A stretch of 59,564 nucleotides of DNA, taken from assembly GCA_964518475.1 (NCBI GenBank), contig CAZFGR010000012.1, forward strand, positions 1 through 59,564. Direction: 5' to 3'. The notes under the pieces were generated by a model, which was not told where the DNA came from, ran no database searches, and saw only the letters and a list, made by a program, of their open reading frames with translations. Source of the stretch: an uncultured Nitrososphaerota archaeon. GTDB taxonomy: Archaea > Asgardarchaeota > Njordarchaeia > Njordarchaeales > Njordarchaeaceae. A program made the position numbers and the translations under genes. Below, one piece after another: positions 49,012-58,872 of the stretch; the first letter of the stretch is position 1, and every line of letters begins with the position of its first letter.

Positions 49012-49227
49012 TACTGATCCTCCTCCATTCCTATAGAAGTATTCTAATAACACTGTTTTAAATAATTAAGTAAGGAGGAAAAACTAGATCGTGGCTAAAT
49101 GAGGGATAAGTATTCGTACTAAAGACTAGTCACTTTAGATTTCCCAGATTCGGGGAAGAAGGCAAGAGTTAATTACTTCATGGAGTTCTTCGAGTTCTTC
49201 TTAATTTAATAGAAAACGTGCATTTTG

Positions 49228-50007
49228 TTACGCTACACCAATTGCTTCTATATATTTTCGTCCCGGCAACACGGGTCCGTCTCTGCATACTATTATTCCT
49301 GAGCCTTTTAACTCACATGATCCACATAGGCCTATTCCACATTTCATGTACTCTTCTCCGATGATCCATACTTCTATATTGTTGCTGAGCGCCATTTTGG
49401 CCGTTTTAAGCATCATTTCTTCGGGTCCACACGCAATTATCGTGTCGAAAGATTCCCTAGCGAGAAGCTCTTTTACCAGGTCTGTTACGAATCCTTTAAA
49501 ACCCATAGAGCCATCGTCTGTTGCCACATATACTTTCGCACGAAGTCTTCTTGCTTCTTCGACAAATAACAATTGATCTTTGGTTCTAGCCCCTATTGCT
49601 ATTGAGATATCTGCTAGATTCGCCGCTTCCTGTGCGAAGAATATTAGGGGTGCGACCCCGTATCCACCTCCTACAAGTAAGTACCGCTTCCCTTTTTCTG
49701 GCTCGATATAGTTGCCTAATGGTCCTTTAAGACCTAGAAATTTTTCTCCACGCATTCTGTGCATTGCTTTTGTTGTCGCTCCCCTCGCAGCTACTGTGAT
49801 TCTTACGAGACCCTCTTGGGGATACCATCCAGAAACACTTATGGGAATTTCCTCATGCCCAGGTACCCATACCATAAAGAATTGCCCCGGTTTAGGGGGT
49901 TTGAGAGGCTTAACTGGTTCTAAGTAGAAGGACTTCACAAAATTGTTTTCTTTCACTATCTTCTTTATTTTTGCCGCAATAATTTCTCCCAGGACACTCA
50001 TTATCAC
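49228..50007 (-). CDS. pyrK: Dihydroorotate dehydrogenase electron-transfer subunit-like flavoprotein
   Basis: PGQF.M.W.P, GP.GN, GGG.G.APL, CGP and MKCGIG.CGSC..C.DGPV motifs. Confidence 0.85.
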   Translation of the reverse strand: MIMSVLGEIIAAKIKKIVKENNFVKSFYLEPVKPLKPPKPGQFFMVWVPGHEEIPISVSGWYPQEGLVRITVAARGATTKAMHRMRGEKFLGLKGPLGNYIEPEKGKRYLLVGGGYGVAPLIFFAQEAANLADISIAIGARTKDQLLFVEEARRLRAKVYVATDDGSMGFKGFVTDLVKELLARESFDTIIACGPEEMMLKTAKMALSNNIEVWIIGEEYMKCGIGLCGSCELKGSGIIVCRDGPVLPGRKYIEAIGVA

Positions 50008-51269
50008 TAGCCCCGGATAACGTAAATGATGTCGCCATTTGCTGTTTTTATTTTCTCGATCTTAACAATGTTTGAACCGTTTTTTATTAGGTCTTTAACG
50101 CTTAGGTATAGTTTCTTGTTCTTAGTGACTTTTTTAACTTCACTTTCTAAAGTGTTTCCTATAATTATTTTTGGCTCGACTAGTCCTCCATTATTGCTGA
50201 TCAGTGATAGTAGGGTTCGTGATATTATTATTTTTTCCAGCTCTTTGGAGATTCTCTTCGCACTACTCATTAAGTACATTATTTCCTTAATTATAGTAAT
50301 TATTTCCTTCAGTTTGGTTATGTCATCCGTGTAATTATTAGGAGAGACTGCGGATTCTGATTTATTTTCAATAGTTATTGATTCTAGACGAGGTCTGAGA
50401 GAAACCTTGCTTAGTTGCGCACTATTATTCGAGGCTGTATAGAGTTTTTCGATAACGTTTTTGAGCAGTTCTCGTAGGAATTTCTCATTAATGAAATCTT
50501 CTATGCTGTATTCGCTACCTAAGAGTGTTTTAAGCTTCCTGATTTGCTCCGAGATGTTAATAGCTTTTAGGTTCGGGGGTTGAGAATTGTCTGGTAAGTA
50601 GACGTAACAGTTCTCTAGGTCATTAGATATTAGTGAGAGACTTGGTAGACTGAGATAATCTATCCCAGTATCTGAGCAAAAGAATTTTCCTTTAGCATTG
50701 GGTAGCGTGATTATTGTGTAGGGTAACCAGCTTTCCCCGATCCCTATACTTGCTATGGATTCGTCTAGTGGGGTCGGTACCAGGGTATATTTTCTCCCGA
50801 AAAATTCTATTATGAGTGATCCGTAGTATTCTAGTGATAGTTCTCTGAAATTCTCTTGTAGGGTTGCTTGTGCATCTTTTATGAAGGAGAATATCTCTTT
50901 CAGAATGTTTTCCAGCTCTCTGATAGGCATTCTTGTATCTATGATACACGCGATGTGCACATCCTCTCCTTCTAAATTAATGGAGATATTTTTCTTATTG
51001 AAGTTATATCTTTTAGCTAAGTTTTCCACGATTTCGCGCGCTTTCTGGAAACGTCCAATCCCAAGCAGTGCGTTCAAGAACATTATTTGACTGCCGGATA
51101 GGAGTACTATGAATGGTCTTTTCCTAATCTTGCAAGCTGGGAATAGCGTAATGCTTATCTCTTCGTTATCTCTCTGGATATCTCTCAGTAATAGGGAAGG
51201 CATTGAAAATGTCTCAGCTGCTATCTTTTTGATGTTGTTAGCTAATCCTTGGAGAAGATCTAGTTGCAT
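50007..51269 (-). CDS. Hypothetical protein
   Basis: 420-codon ORF abutting pyrK; no recognised motif. Confidence 0.6.
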   Translation of the reverse strand: MQLDLLQGLANNIKKIAAETFSMPSLLLRDIQRDNEEISITLFPACKIRKRPFIVLLSGSQIMFLNALLGIGRFQKAREIVENLAKRYNFNKKNISINLEGEDVHIACIIDTRMPIRELENILKEIFSFIKDAQATLQENFRELSLEYYGSLIIEFFGRKYTLVPTPLDESIASIGIGESWLPYTIITLPNAKGKFFCSDTGIDYLSLPSLSLISNDLENCYVYLPDNSQPPNLKAINISEQIRKLKTLLGSEYSIEDFINEKFLRELLKNVIEKLYTASNNSAQLSKVSLRPRLESITIENKSESAVSPNNYTDDITKLKEIITIIKEIMYLMSSAKRISKELEKIIISRTLLSLISNNGGLVEPKIIIGNTLESEVKKVTKNKKLYLSVKDLIKNGSNIVKIEKIKTANGDIIYVIRG

Positions 51270-51365
51270 AAAGACTCATCCTTTTTAAAGAACCCTAGCC
51301 ACTAGCTGGTTTAGGACAATATAATTATTTGTATCATAGGAATATTTCCTCGGAGGTAAATATTC

Positions 51366-52202
51366 TTGGATTTTGTAGAAATATTCGTCCTAGCGCTTAT
51401 TCAAGGATTCTTGGAGTGGATACCAGTAAGTAGTGAAGCTTTCCTAATGATTGCTATGAGCATTTTTCGTTACCCCCTCTTGACCTCTTTTGAAATAGCC
51501 ATCCTCCTGCACTTATCAACAGCGACTGCTGCTCTAATATACTATAGACACGAGTTCTGCGATGTTTTTAGAAAAATCGTAACGTTTCAAGCAGGAAATC
51601 ACGCATTAACACGATTTCTTTTCTGGACAGTTCTTTTCACGGGCTTATCCGCGGTTCCAATCAGTTATATTCTAAGGAATATTTTCGCACAATTCGAGAT
51701 GGATCTATTGGTGGCGAGCATTATTCTTTTCGCAATAATAGGTTTCGCAATGATATCAACTGGTATCTACATGTTCGTAACTAATCGTCGCGGAGGAGAA
51801 AAGACAGCTAGAGATCTTCGTTTCAGAGATTTCTTTATCATAGGCGTTTTACAGGGATTAGCGATTATTCCCGGAGTGAGTAGATCCGGTATTACTATAA
51901 GTACGCTCCTTTTTCTAGGAGTAGAGAAAGAAGAGTCTGTTCGATTATCATTCCTGTTGTCAGTACCAACCATTTACTTAGCTGTACTCTTCGAGATAAT
52001 GACTCATCCAATTAGTTTTTCGATAAATCTTATTACCACTCAGGTTCTTCTAACCCTTTTTCTAACATTCCTCTTAGCGATTATTGGGTTGAGATTAATG
52101 ATTAATTTAGCTAAGAAACTCGCATTTCACAAATTCTTACTAGCATTCGGTTCTCTGATGCTTCTGCTGAATATCATTCCCCTAATCAAGTTTTTGCAGT
52201 AA
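51366..52202 (+). CDS. uppP: Undecaprenyl/polyprenyl-diphosphatase (BacA family)
   Basis: QG.LEW.PVSS and QG.A.IPG.SRSG.T motifs. Confidence 0.9.
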   Translation: MDFVEIFVLALIQGFLEWIPVSSEAFLMIAMSIFRYPLLTSFEIAILLHLSTATAALIYYRHEFCDVFRKIVTFQAGNHALTRFLFWTVLFTGLSAVPISYILRNIFAQFEMDLLVASIILFAIIGFAMISTGIYMFVTNRRGGEKTARDLRFRDFFIIGVLQGLAIIPGVSRSGITISTLLFLGVEKEESVRLSFLLSVPTIYLAVLFEIMTHPISFSINLITTQVLLTLFLTFLLAIIGLRLMINLAKKLAFHKFLLAFGSLMLLLNIIPLIKFLQ

Positions 52203-52203
52203 T

Positions 52204-52268
52204 AAATCAGTCGTGGCGGGTTCGATCATCGCTAAAAAAAGCTCTCTCCCGCCATTCCTCATCATTAC
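52204..52268 (-). ncRNA. Box C/D guide sRNA with both guides complementary to a tRNA-like T-arm
   Basis: Minus strand: C ATGATGA (52265-52259), degenerate D' GAGA and C' GCGATGA, D CTGA (52210-52207). Confidence 0.7.
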
Positions 52269-52370
52269 GAAAATCCATCAAAAATAAATCTAAAATTATG
52301 AATAAAAGCGTAAATACCTCCGTTTTGAATAAAAAAATAGGTAATAAGAAGCGAAGGCTTTGTTCATAGC

Positions 52371-53033
52371 TCAGATTTTGAACATGCCCACCCTTTCCTT
52401 CAGGAGTGTTAGAAATCTTATGTCCCCGTTCTCTATATATACCGGGACTCCGTACTTATCAATAATCATGAGGATCCTCACGATCAATGAGTATGGGGGA
52501 CGATATTGGGGAAGATAACCTATGAAGTATATCCGAGAACCATTCCTAGTAATCGATACATTAAACATCCCGTAGTGATCCGCGAATCTCTCCAAAGCCT
52601 CAACCAGTCTCGTGGGATTGAATATAGGCACGAACGTGAACCCAGCGTGTGGGCAAAGAAATACTGCATACTTATATATTTTCATCTCGAACCAGTACCA
52701 CTCGTCACTTAATTCAATGGTCTCATTAAACCTGTATAGATAGCTCCATCTCTCACTGTTTATCTCAGATGCTGTACCGTTGATCCACCATGTCTCATAG
52801 TAGACCTCATTATCCCGAATCTCCACAGAGAAACTGACTGTACCGTTGATCCATGTCCGCGACATATTCTCGAAAGGAGGTTTGCACCAAGCGTCCCTGA
52901 TATCGTATACTAAGTAGTAGTTTCTAGGGATCCTATTACCGAGGTATGGTGAGAAGATGCTTAGCGAGGTGATTATGATCATTGTAAATGTTAGAGAGAG
53001 GAGAATTTTCCTACCAAACATCCCGACCGCCAT
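52371..53033 (-). CDS. Secreted or membrane-tethered hypothetical protein (aromatic-rich, N-glycosylation sequons)
   Basis: N-terminal hydrophobic helix; repeated WINGT; several N-x-S/T sites. Confidence 0.6.
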   Translation of the reverse strand: MAVGMFGRKILLSLTFTMIIITSLSIFSPYLGNRIPRNYYLVYDIRDAWCKPPFENMSRTWINGTVSFSVEIRDNEVYYETWWINGTASEINSERWSYLYRFNETIELSDEWYWFEMKIYKYAVFLCPHAGFTFVPIFNPTRLVEALERFADHYGMFNVSITRNGSRIYFIGYLPQYRPPYSLIVRILMIIDKYGVPVYIENGDIRFLTLLKERVGMFKI

Positions 53034-53341
53034 TAAAACCTTAACACGAGATAGCCTAGATAGTCATCAATTAGATACCAGTTAGAGTCATGATTATAAT
53101 TACTATACCAAGTCATTAATTACTTATAGTACATTTATCTTTAAAATTTTTCTAAAAAAAGAAGAATTGATTATTTTTGTGATTTTTTCAGAATTTTAGT
53201 TAATTTGCTATATTTTTAAAAACTTCTACCACGTATCAATCTTATAGAAAGATCATCTACAGTAACCCTAGTACTACAATTTCGCAAAATAAATAAGAAA
53301 ATAAGTCTCACCAAAAATAAGAACAACAGCTTAAAGTATTA

Positions 53342-54586
53342 CTACCAGAGATGCATCGACGCTCGAATAATGTTTTCGAGATCTTCCAGAGTGACCGGTC
53401 TTGGGTTGCCAACTAATAATCTATTCAATTTGAAAGCATCCGCCGCTATTTCTGGTATATCTTCCTCCTTTACACCAATTGCCGCTAAACCGTTAGGTAA
53501 TCCTATATCCCTCTCTAAACTAATCACTGCTTCAACAGCAAGTTCTGCCGCTTCGAGAAATGATAAGCCCTCGATATTCTCTCCGAAGAAATAAGCGATG
53601 GTGGCTAATCTTTCAGGTGCTGCGGGGGTATTAAATCTCATCACTTCTGGGAGAAATAATCCGCAGGCAATTCCATGGGGAACATGGTATCTTCCTCCCA
53701 GAGCCATTGCTAATGCGTGATCAGCACCTAATCCTGCATTAGTAAACGCAACCCCTGCTAAGAATGATGCTAATAACATATTAGACCGCGCTTCCAAGTC
53801 CCTGCCATTATAAACTGCTCTTCTCAAGTACCTAGCTATCAATTCAATAGCCTTTTCAGCGAACATATCGGTTATCGGTGTTTTTCCCCCATACGGAGGC
53901 CTCTCCATCGGGGTTTTAGGGCGTTCTTTCCAGTCAAATCTCCTAGTAACATAAGCCTCTATAGCATGAGATAAAGCATCAATCCCCGTACTAGCGGTAA
54001 GTTTGGGAGGCAGTGTTATCGTGAGTTGTGGATCTAGAATCGCTAGATGGGGTCTACACTCATCATCAGAGATCCCGACTTTTATTCCTTGTGGCAAACC
54101 TATGACTGCGACTGGAGACGTCTCGCTTCCCGTCCCAGCCGTTGTTGGTACGGCTATCATAGGTCTTAATCTTCCCGGAACCTTCTTTCCTTTACCAGTG
54201 GGTGGAGATACGTAATCTATAATGTCTCCTCCATAAGTAGTAATCAGGTTTATCACTTTCATAGTATCTATTGAGCTGCCCCCACCTAGACCGACGAAAC
54301 CGTCAATATCCCTGTTCTTGGCGAAGTCAATCCCATTTTTTATACTTTCAATCGAGGGCTCGGGCTCTACTCCCGCCCAAATCTCCGCTTTTATGCCCAC
54401 TTCCTCAATAATACTCTTGACTTCCTCGGGCCATCCTGTTTTCATGAGCCCTTCATCGGTTACGATTAATGCCTTCTTAACGCCCATTCTAGCGAGATCG
54501 TATCCAATTTCATTTATGGCTCCTAAACCAAATTTTGCTCGTGTAATCCTTAGATCCCATACAGAATCTATAGTTGGGAGAAACAT
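53342..54586 (-). CDS. Iron-containing alcohol dehydrogenase, hydroxyacid-oxoacid transhydrogenase (HOT/ADHFE1)-like
   Basis: GGGSSID, PTTAGTGSE, DALSHAIE, HAL and PHG motifs, plus a HOT-type RP..P..RP.Y.G..PI.D insert. Confidence 0.85.
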   Translation of the reverse strand: MFLPTIDSVWDLRITRAKFGLGAINEIGYDLARMGVKKALIVTDEGLMKTGWPEEVKSIIEEVGIKAEIWAGVEPEPSIESIKNGIDFAKNRDIDGFVGLGGGSSIDTMKVINLITTYGGDIIDYVSPPTGKGKKVPGRLRPMIAVPTTAGTGSETSPVAVIGLPQGIKVGISDDECRPHLAILDPQLTITLPPKLTASTGIDALSHAIEAYVTRRFDWKERPKTPMERPPYGGKTPITDMFAEKAIELIARYLRRAVYNGRDLEARSNMLLASFLAGVAFTNAGLGADHALAMALGGRYHVPHGIACGLFLPEVMRFNTPAAPERLATIAYFFGENIEGLSFLEAAELAVEAVISLERDIGLPNGLAAIGVKEEDIPEIAADAFKLNRLLVGNPRPVTLEDLENIIRASMHLW

Positions 54587-54820
54587 TATTCTTCCCTCCT
54601 GTGCCTTCAGAAAAACTGTTATTTCCTTAAATAAATATCTTCTTATACCTCAACACTTTCCAACACTAACTTTTAGTTGTAAGAATAAAATCCCTAAGAC
54701 ATATTGGAGAAGATCTTACGTCTTGTCTTGGAATCAGATTTTTCCCGCTTAGTTAAATATTTATGTGTTAGAATTCAAAGCTATTATCGGGATCGCAAGA
54801 AGTTTAGGGTTGTGATTTTT

Positions 54821-56770
54821 GTGGCTTGGAAAGGTTCTAAATTATTGGGAGAGGTTGTTGGCGCTGAAATTACTAGATTTAAGCATAGATGGTTTGGTAT
54901 CCTAGAAGTAAAAATTGGCAAAGAGATCATTGAACTATACATGTCCGGTACCATTGCACAATGGTTCGTTACTGGTGATAAGGTAGAACTCCTTCCTATG
55001 AGAGAACCAAGGCGAAAAAATGGTAGATTATATTTCGCTTTTGATGATTACGTCTTGTACAAATATTATGAGAAAGAGAAAATCCCTGTATGGCCCGTGT
55101 TTGATAAGATAATGAAGTTACCTCGGAGAGATCCAGTTACTGGTAGGGAACTGTATAGGTATAAGCTTAGGGGTCGAGAAGCTGTTTTTGAATCAGATTA
55201 TGAGGCGATTGCGGAGCTAGAGCAATTTCATTACGCATCTAAGAAAATAGTGATCGCAATCTGGCGCTGTGAGAAATGTGGCTTATTCATCAAGAGTAAT
55301 ACGAAGCCTATCTGTCCAAATTGTAGAACTGACGAGACTGTTCACATATTCGAGATAAGAGGGTCTACGCCAGCTTCTAGATTCTTAGTGATCGAGCTTG
55401 TTGATCGTGAACCTTATGAGCCTAAGATAGTGGCTTATGTGAGAGTAGATCCTCCGATCCCTCTAATGCATAGGAGACTACCAACGGGGGAAATAGTAAA
55501 AAATATTAGGGAGAGAGTGTTTCCTAAGGAATGGTTCCATCCAGTTTTCTGGCCCGAAGTCATTTATAGAAAGAAATTAAAAAAACTTAGGAGCCAATAT
55601 GGTAGGGCAATAGCTTCTGCTAGATTGTGGGAAAGTGCTAAATGGGAGGCTCTTAGAACCTCTAATACCGCCGCAGCTAGGATTTCTAGAGTCGTTGTTC
55701 ACCCAGATTATCGATCAGATGGGATAGGGCAAGCAGCAGTTAAATTCGCTATTGATTGGATAAACGAGAGAAGAATACCCGAGATGAGGAAGAGGAAACA
55801 TTTAGTAGAGACTATCGCTATGATGGCTCGGTATAACCCATTCTTTGAAAAAGTGGGTTTCAAATATCTCTGGGATACAGCTAGTGGCCGACCAGTTCTA
55901 TACTACCCCTTAACAGACGATGCTAAGCGAATTATTGAAGATTTCCTTACAAAGGACCCTTATGCTAGGGAGCATAAGGGGCGTTTGTGTGTATCGAGAT
56001 ACTCTAAGGTAGAGCGACTAAAGAGTAGTATAGTACTCAAAAACGTTACCAAGATCTTTGAGAATATCCTGACTCTGGAGAAACTAAAACCAGAGCTTAA
56101 AAAAGTGCTAATAGCTTTCGGTGTTCGTCAGAGAAAGCTTCAAAGACTAGTTCTCAGAAACGTTAACCTAGAAATAAAACCGGGAGAAATCGTAGTTGTT
56201 GTGGGTGCTTCCGGGGCTGGCAAAACGACACTATTACGCCTTATCTATGGAGCGATAAAGAAAATATCCGAAGAAAAATTTAAGCCGACACGAGGAGTAA
56301 TACAAGTCCCACCCAATGCTAAAGCGTCGATACTGCTCCCGGGGGAAATCGAGCCATCTTTCGGTAACGAATCGCTACTTGAACATCTCTATGAGAAAAC
56401 TAGAGATGAGGCATTAGCTGTTGAGATACTTAATAAAGTAGGACTCAGCGATGCCGTGCTTTACAGAGCTAGATTCTGGGAATTATCTACGGGGCAGAAA
56501 GAAAGAGCCAAGTTGGCAAGTTTATTAGCGGAGAGACCAAATTTGCTTCTAATAGACGAGTTCGCAGCTCATCTAGATACTTTAACAGCAATGCGTGTTG
56601 CCGCAAAATTATCCTCATTAGCTCGACAGGCAGGCATAACCCTTATACTCGTGACTCATCGATCAGAGATAATCAAAGTCATTAACCCTGATAAAGTGGT
56701 CTTCGTGGGTTATGGAACTGCTCGTGAAGCGAAGAAAGAAGAGTTGAAGGCTATCATAGGGGAAGAATAA
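54821..56770 (+). CDS. GNAT acetyltransferase / Zn-ribbon / ABC-ATPase fusion (COG2401-like)
   Basis: LEQFHY, CxxC..CxxC, RISRVVVHPDYR.DG.G, GASGAGKT, LSTGQ and IDEF motifs; likely GTG start at 54821. Confidence 0.88.
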   Translation: MAWKGSKLLGEVVGAEITRFKHRWFGILEVKIGKEIIELYMSGTIAQWFVTGDKVELLPMREPRRKNGRLYFAFDDYVLYKYYEKEKIPVWPVFDKIMKLPRRDPVTGRELYRYKLRGREAVFESDYEAIAELEQFHYASKKIVIAIWRCEKCGLFIKSNTKPICPNCRTDETVHIFEIRGSTPASRFLVIELVDREPYEPKIVAYVRVDPPIPLMHRRLPTGEIVKNIRERVFPKEWFHPVFWPEVIYRKKLKKLRSQYGRAIASARLWESAKWEALRTSNTAAARISRVVVHPDYRSDGIGQAAVKFAIDWINERRIPEMRKRKHLVETIAMMARYNPFFEKVGFKYLWDTASGRPVLYYPLTDDAKRIIEDFLTKDPYAREHKGRLCVSRYSKVERLKSSIVLKNVTKIFENILTLEKLKPELKKVLIAFGVRQRKLQRLVLRNVNLEIKPGEIVVVVGASGAGKTTLLRLIYGAIKKISEEKFKPTRGVIQVPPNAKASILLPGEIEPSFGNESLLEHLYEKTRDEALAVEILNKVGLSDAVLYRARFWELSTGQKERAKLASLLAERPNLLLIDEFAAHLDTLTAMRVAAKLSSLARQAGITLILVTHRSEIIKVINPDKVVFVGYGTAREAKKEELKAIIGEE

Positions 56771-56795
56771 TCTTGAAGACGCCTTTGATCATTAT

Positions 56796-57203
56796 TTAAG
56801 TGCTTTCGTAGAAAATTGCTTCGATTTTTTTCAGTATTCTCTCATCCCCCGCTAACAATTTTCCATGCTTTACTATTTCTTCCACAATTCTTCTCTTTTG
56901 CTGCGCCATTTTGAAGATTTCTTGCATAGTATATACTCTTGGTTGTATATCTATTGGTAATGTGGGATCCAAAAATAACTTGATCCTATCAAGAGGATTC
57001 TCCGGTGCATTATCCAATACAATAACTACGTCAGCATCAGAAAAAGCTGTGTAGTCGCCTCTTGCCAGCGATCCTATTAATACTACCAGCTTAGCGTTTT
57101 TCTCCAATGCTTTTTTTGCATAGATTTTTAGAGCCTCTAGTATTTCCGAATAATTAAGCTTGAATAATTTTATCTCTGCAGAAATTGATGATTTCTTCTG
57201 CAT
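56796..57203 (-). CDS. Minimal nucleotidyltransferase (MNT) antitoxin
   Basis: GSLARGDYTAFSDAD; overlaps the HEPN gene. Confidence 0.88.
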   Translation of the reverse strand: MQKKSSISAEIKLFKLNYSEILEALKIYAKKALEKNAKLVVLIGSLARGDYTAFSDADVVIVLDNAPENPLDRIKLFLDPTLPIDIQPRVYTMQEIFKMAQQKRRIVEEIVKHGKLLAGDERILKKIEAIFYEST

Positions 57204-57549
57204 ATTTAACAGCCCTTTCTGCTTCTTCTTTCGTATAATAATCTAACGGAGCCCCCTCAGAATGAAAATTTGGGTATCTAGTAGGTATATAATGTTTGTC
57301 GATTTCCTTAGCTTTGTCTATTAATTCTTGGGGAGGCTTATAGTCATTTGGCAGATTACTGAGCATGCGAGAAATAGAGTGGCCCCAGATCTCAATTCCG
57401 AGTTTTTGAAAAAGTGCTTTTACGGCTTTTTCGGCTGCTTGTTGCGCAGCAAAACATGCCCACTCATAATCTCCGATCTCTATCGATCTCTTAGCATGAT
57501 TAAGATCCTTAAGCGCTTGTCTTAACCAATCTTCAGCACGAGACACCAA
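57154..57549 (-). CDS. HEPN domain protein (toxin of a HEPN-MNT pair)
   Basis: WACFAAQQAAEKAVKA, WGHS and HYIPTRYP motifs. Confidence 0.9.
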   Translation of the reverse strand: MVSRAEDWLRQALKDLNHAKRSIEIGDYEWACFAAQQAAEKAVKALFQKLGIEIWGHSISRMLSNLPNDYKPPQELIDKAKEIDKHYIPTRYPNFHSEGAPLDYYTKEEAERAVKYAEEIINFCRDKIIQA

Positions 57550-57796
57550 TTACGGACCCTCACAATACCGTTAGCTGAGAGTCTTAGTTTATTTATGCTT
57601 TTTAATATTTCTACCTAAAATACTTAACGCTGTGAATCTAAATACTTTTGAACTATACTATTTTTCCAGCATTCTTAATCACTTTTTATAAAAATAAAAT
57701 TCAGGGAATTATGGAGAAGTCGACGTTCAGTCGTTCACAAAATCCTCTCAGACTCAGCTAAGATCCTATATTTCTCCTCAGTCCTCAACTCATGCC

Positions 57797-57925
57797 CTAC
57801 AACGACGACAAAATTGTAGCCATTATAGCCAAGCTCCGATGTTCAGCAGCTATTACCCCAACAGGATCAGCACCAAGAAGACCCCTTAGAAGTCGTGCAA
57901 ATTCATCGACAGCTATTAACCACAC
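57797..57925 (-). pseudogene. Possible decayed MNT-like gene fragment
   Basis: The minus frame reads DEFARLLRGLLGADPVGVI, like an MNT N-terminus, but has no GS/DxD motif. Confidence 0.25.
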
Positions 57926-58022
57926 TTTTGTCTGTCACTTTATTTTCTTTCTTACAAGATTGCCGTTTTCTTGTATCCCAACAGCACATTTCTACTTCTC
58001 ACCAGAGATGTTTTGAAATAGA

Positions 58023-58079
58023 AAATCAGTTGGTGGGCAGTTCATCAGGCGTTCAGCACCGCAGCCCAGTCATCATCTC
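58023..58079 (-). ncRNA. Box C/D guide sRNA (23S rRNA domain V)
   Basis: Minus strand: ATGATGA-ctgggctgcggtg-CTGA-acgc-CTGATGA-actgcccaccaa-CTGA. Confidence 0.9.
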
Positions 58080-58208
58080 ATCAAATCTTTAGAATAAATA
58101 ACATTTATTAAAAATAGTGCTGTCGAATAGAAAGAGATAGAGTCGAAGTCTTTTGGGTTTCTTGCTGTATCCTTAATCTTAAAATTAAGCGCTGAGACCG
58201 CAGGTTTT

Positions 58209-58619
58209 TCAGGTTTTAAAGACTTTAAGTAGGTATACAAGTTTTTGTTTATCCAGAATCATGTGTGGTTTTATGTCGACCCAGATTACAGGTCCTGGAG
58301 GAATATTGATCGTTATAGGTTCTTTAAACTCTACTGGATTATCTAATCTCCAGGCATATAAGGGCTTGCCTCTCGATATTTTATTGAGCGTTTCCCTATC
58401 CGCCTTATGATACGGATAATACCTCATCAATTCATCTACACTAAATGGTCCCTTAACCCCTACTAATTCTACACTACCAAGAATTCTTTTCTTAGATACA
58501 ATAGCAATTTGTCCTCTTATCTTAGTACGTTGAGAGCGAATCTCCCACTTCTTAACACCCTTTACGATCATTGAAGCATAGGGCTCTCGTACAATCAATC
58601 CCTTGGCAATCGCTGACAT
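58209..58619 (-). CDS. ASCH domain protein (PUA-like RNA binding)
   Basis: GL.VREPYA.MIV.G.K.WEIRS and YAW.L..P motifs. Confidence 0.9.
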   Translation of the reverse strand: MSAIAKGLIVREPYASMIVKGVKKWEIRSQRTKIRGQIAIVSKKRILGSVELVGVKGPFSVDELMRYYPYHKADRETLNKISRGKPLYAWRLDNPVEFKEPITINIPPGPVIWVDIKPHMILDKQKLVYLLKVFKT

Positions 58620-58814
58620 CTTCGTAACACCTTCTGATTCCCTAGTTAATTAAAGTCATAGAATTATTTTATCAGAAAGTCTTCAAGGAGTATAGTTTAT
58701 TACGTCTTGATGATAGAAACTAAATTCTATTCTAGATTAAATACTCAATGAATTTTAAATTTTGGTCATTTTATCTAGAACGGAGAAAATGATTGATTAG
58801 TGACTTTTACTACC

Positions 58815-58872
58815 CACTCAGCAGTTCCGCGCTCCGCATCTATGATTCGGCATAAGCCCTCTTCATCATATC
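58815..58872 (-). ncRNA. Box C/D guide sRNA
   Basis: Minus strand: ATGATGA-agagggcttatg-CCGA-atcatag-ATGCGGA-gcgcggaactg-CTGA. Confidence 0.7.

Noticed and set aside
52211-52260. tRNA gene or integration att site (GGGTTCGAT...CCCGCCA)
   Set aside because: No D-arm or anticodon arm and no integrase nearby; better explained as antisense guides of a C/D sRNA.
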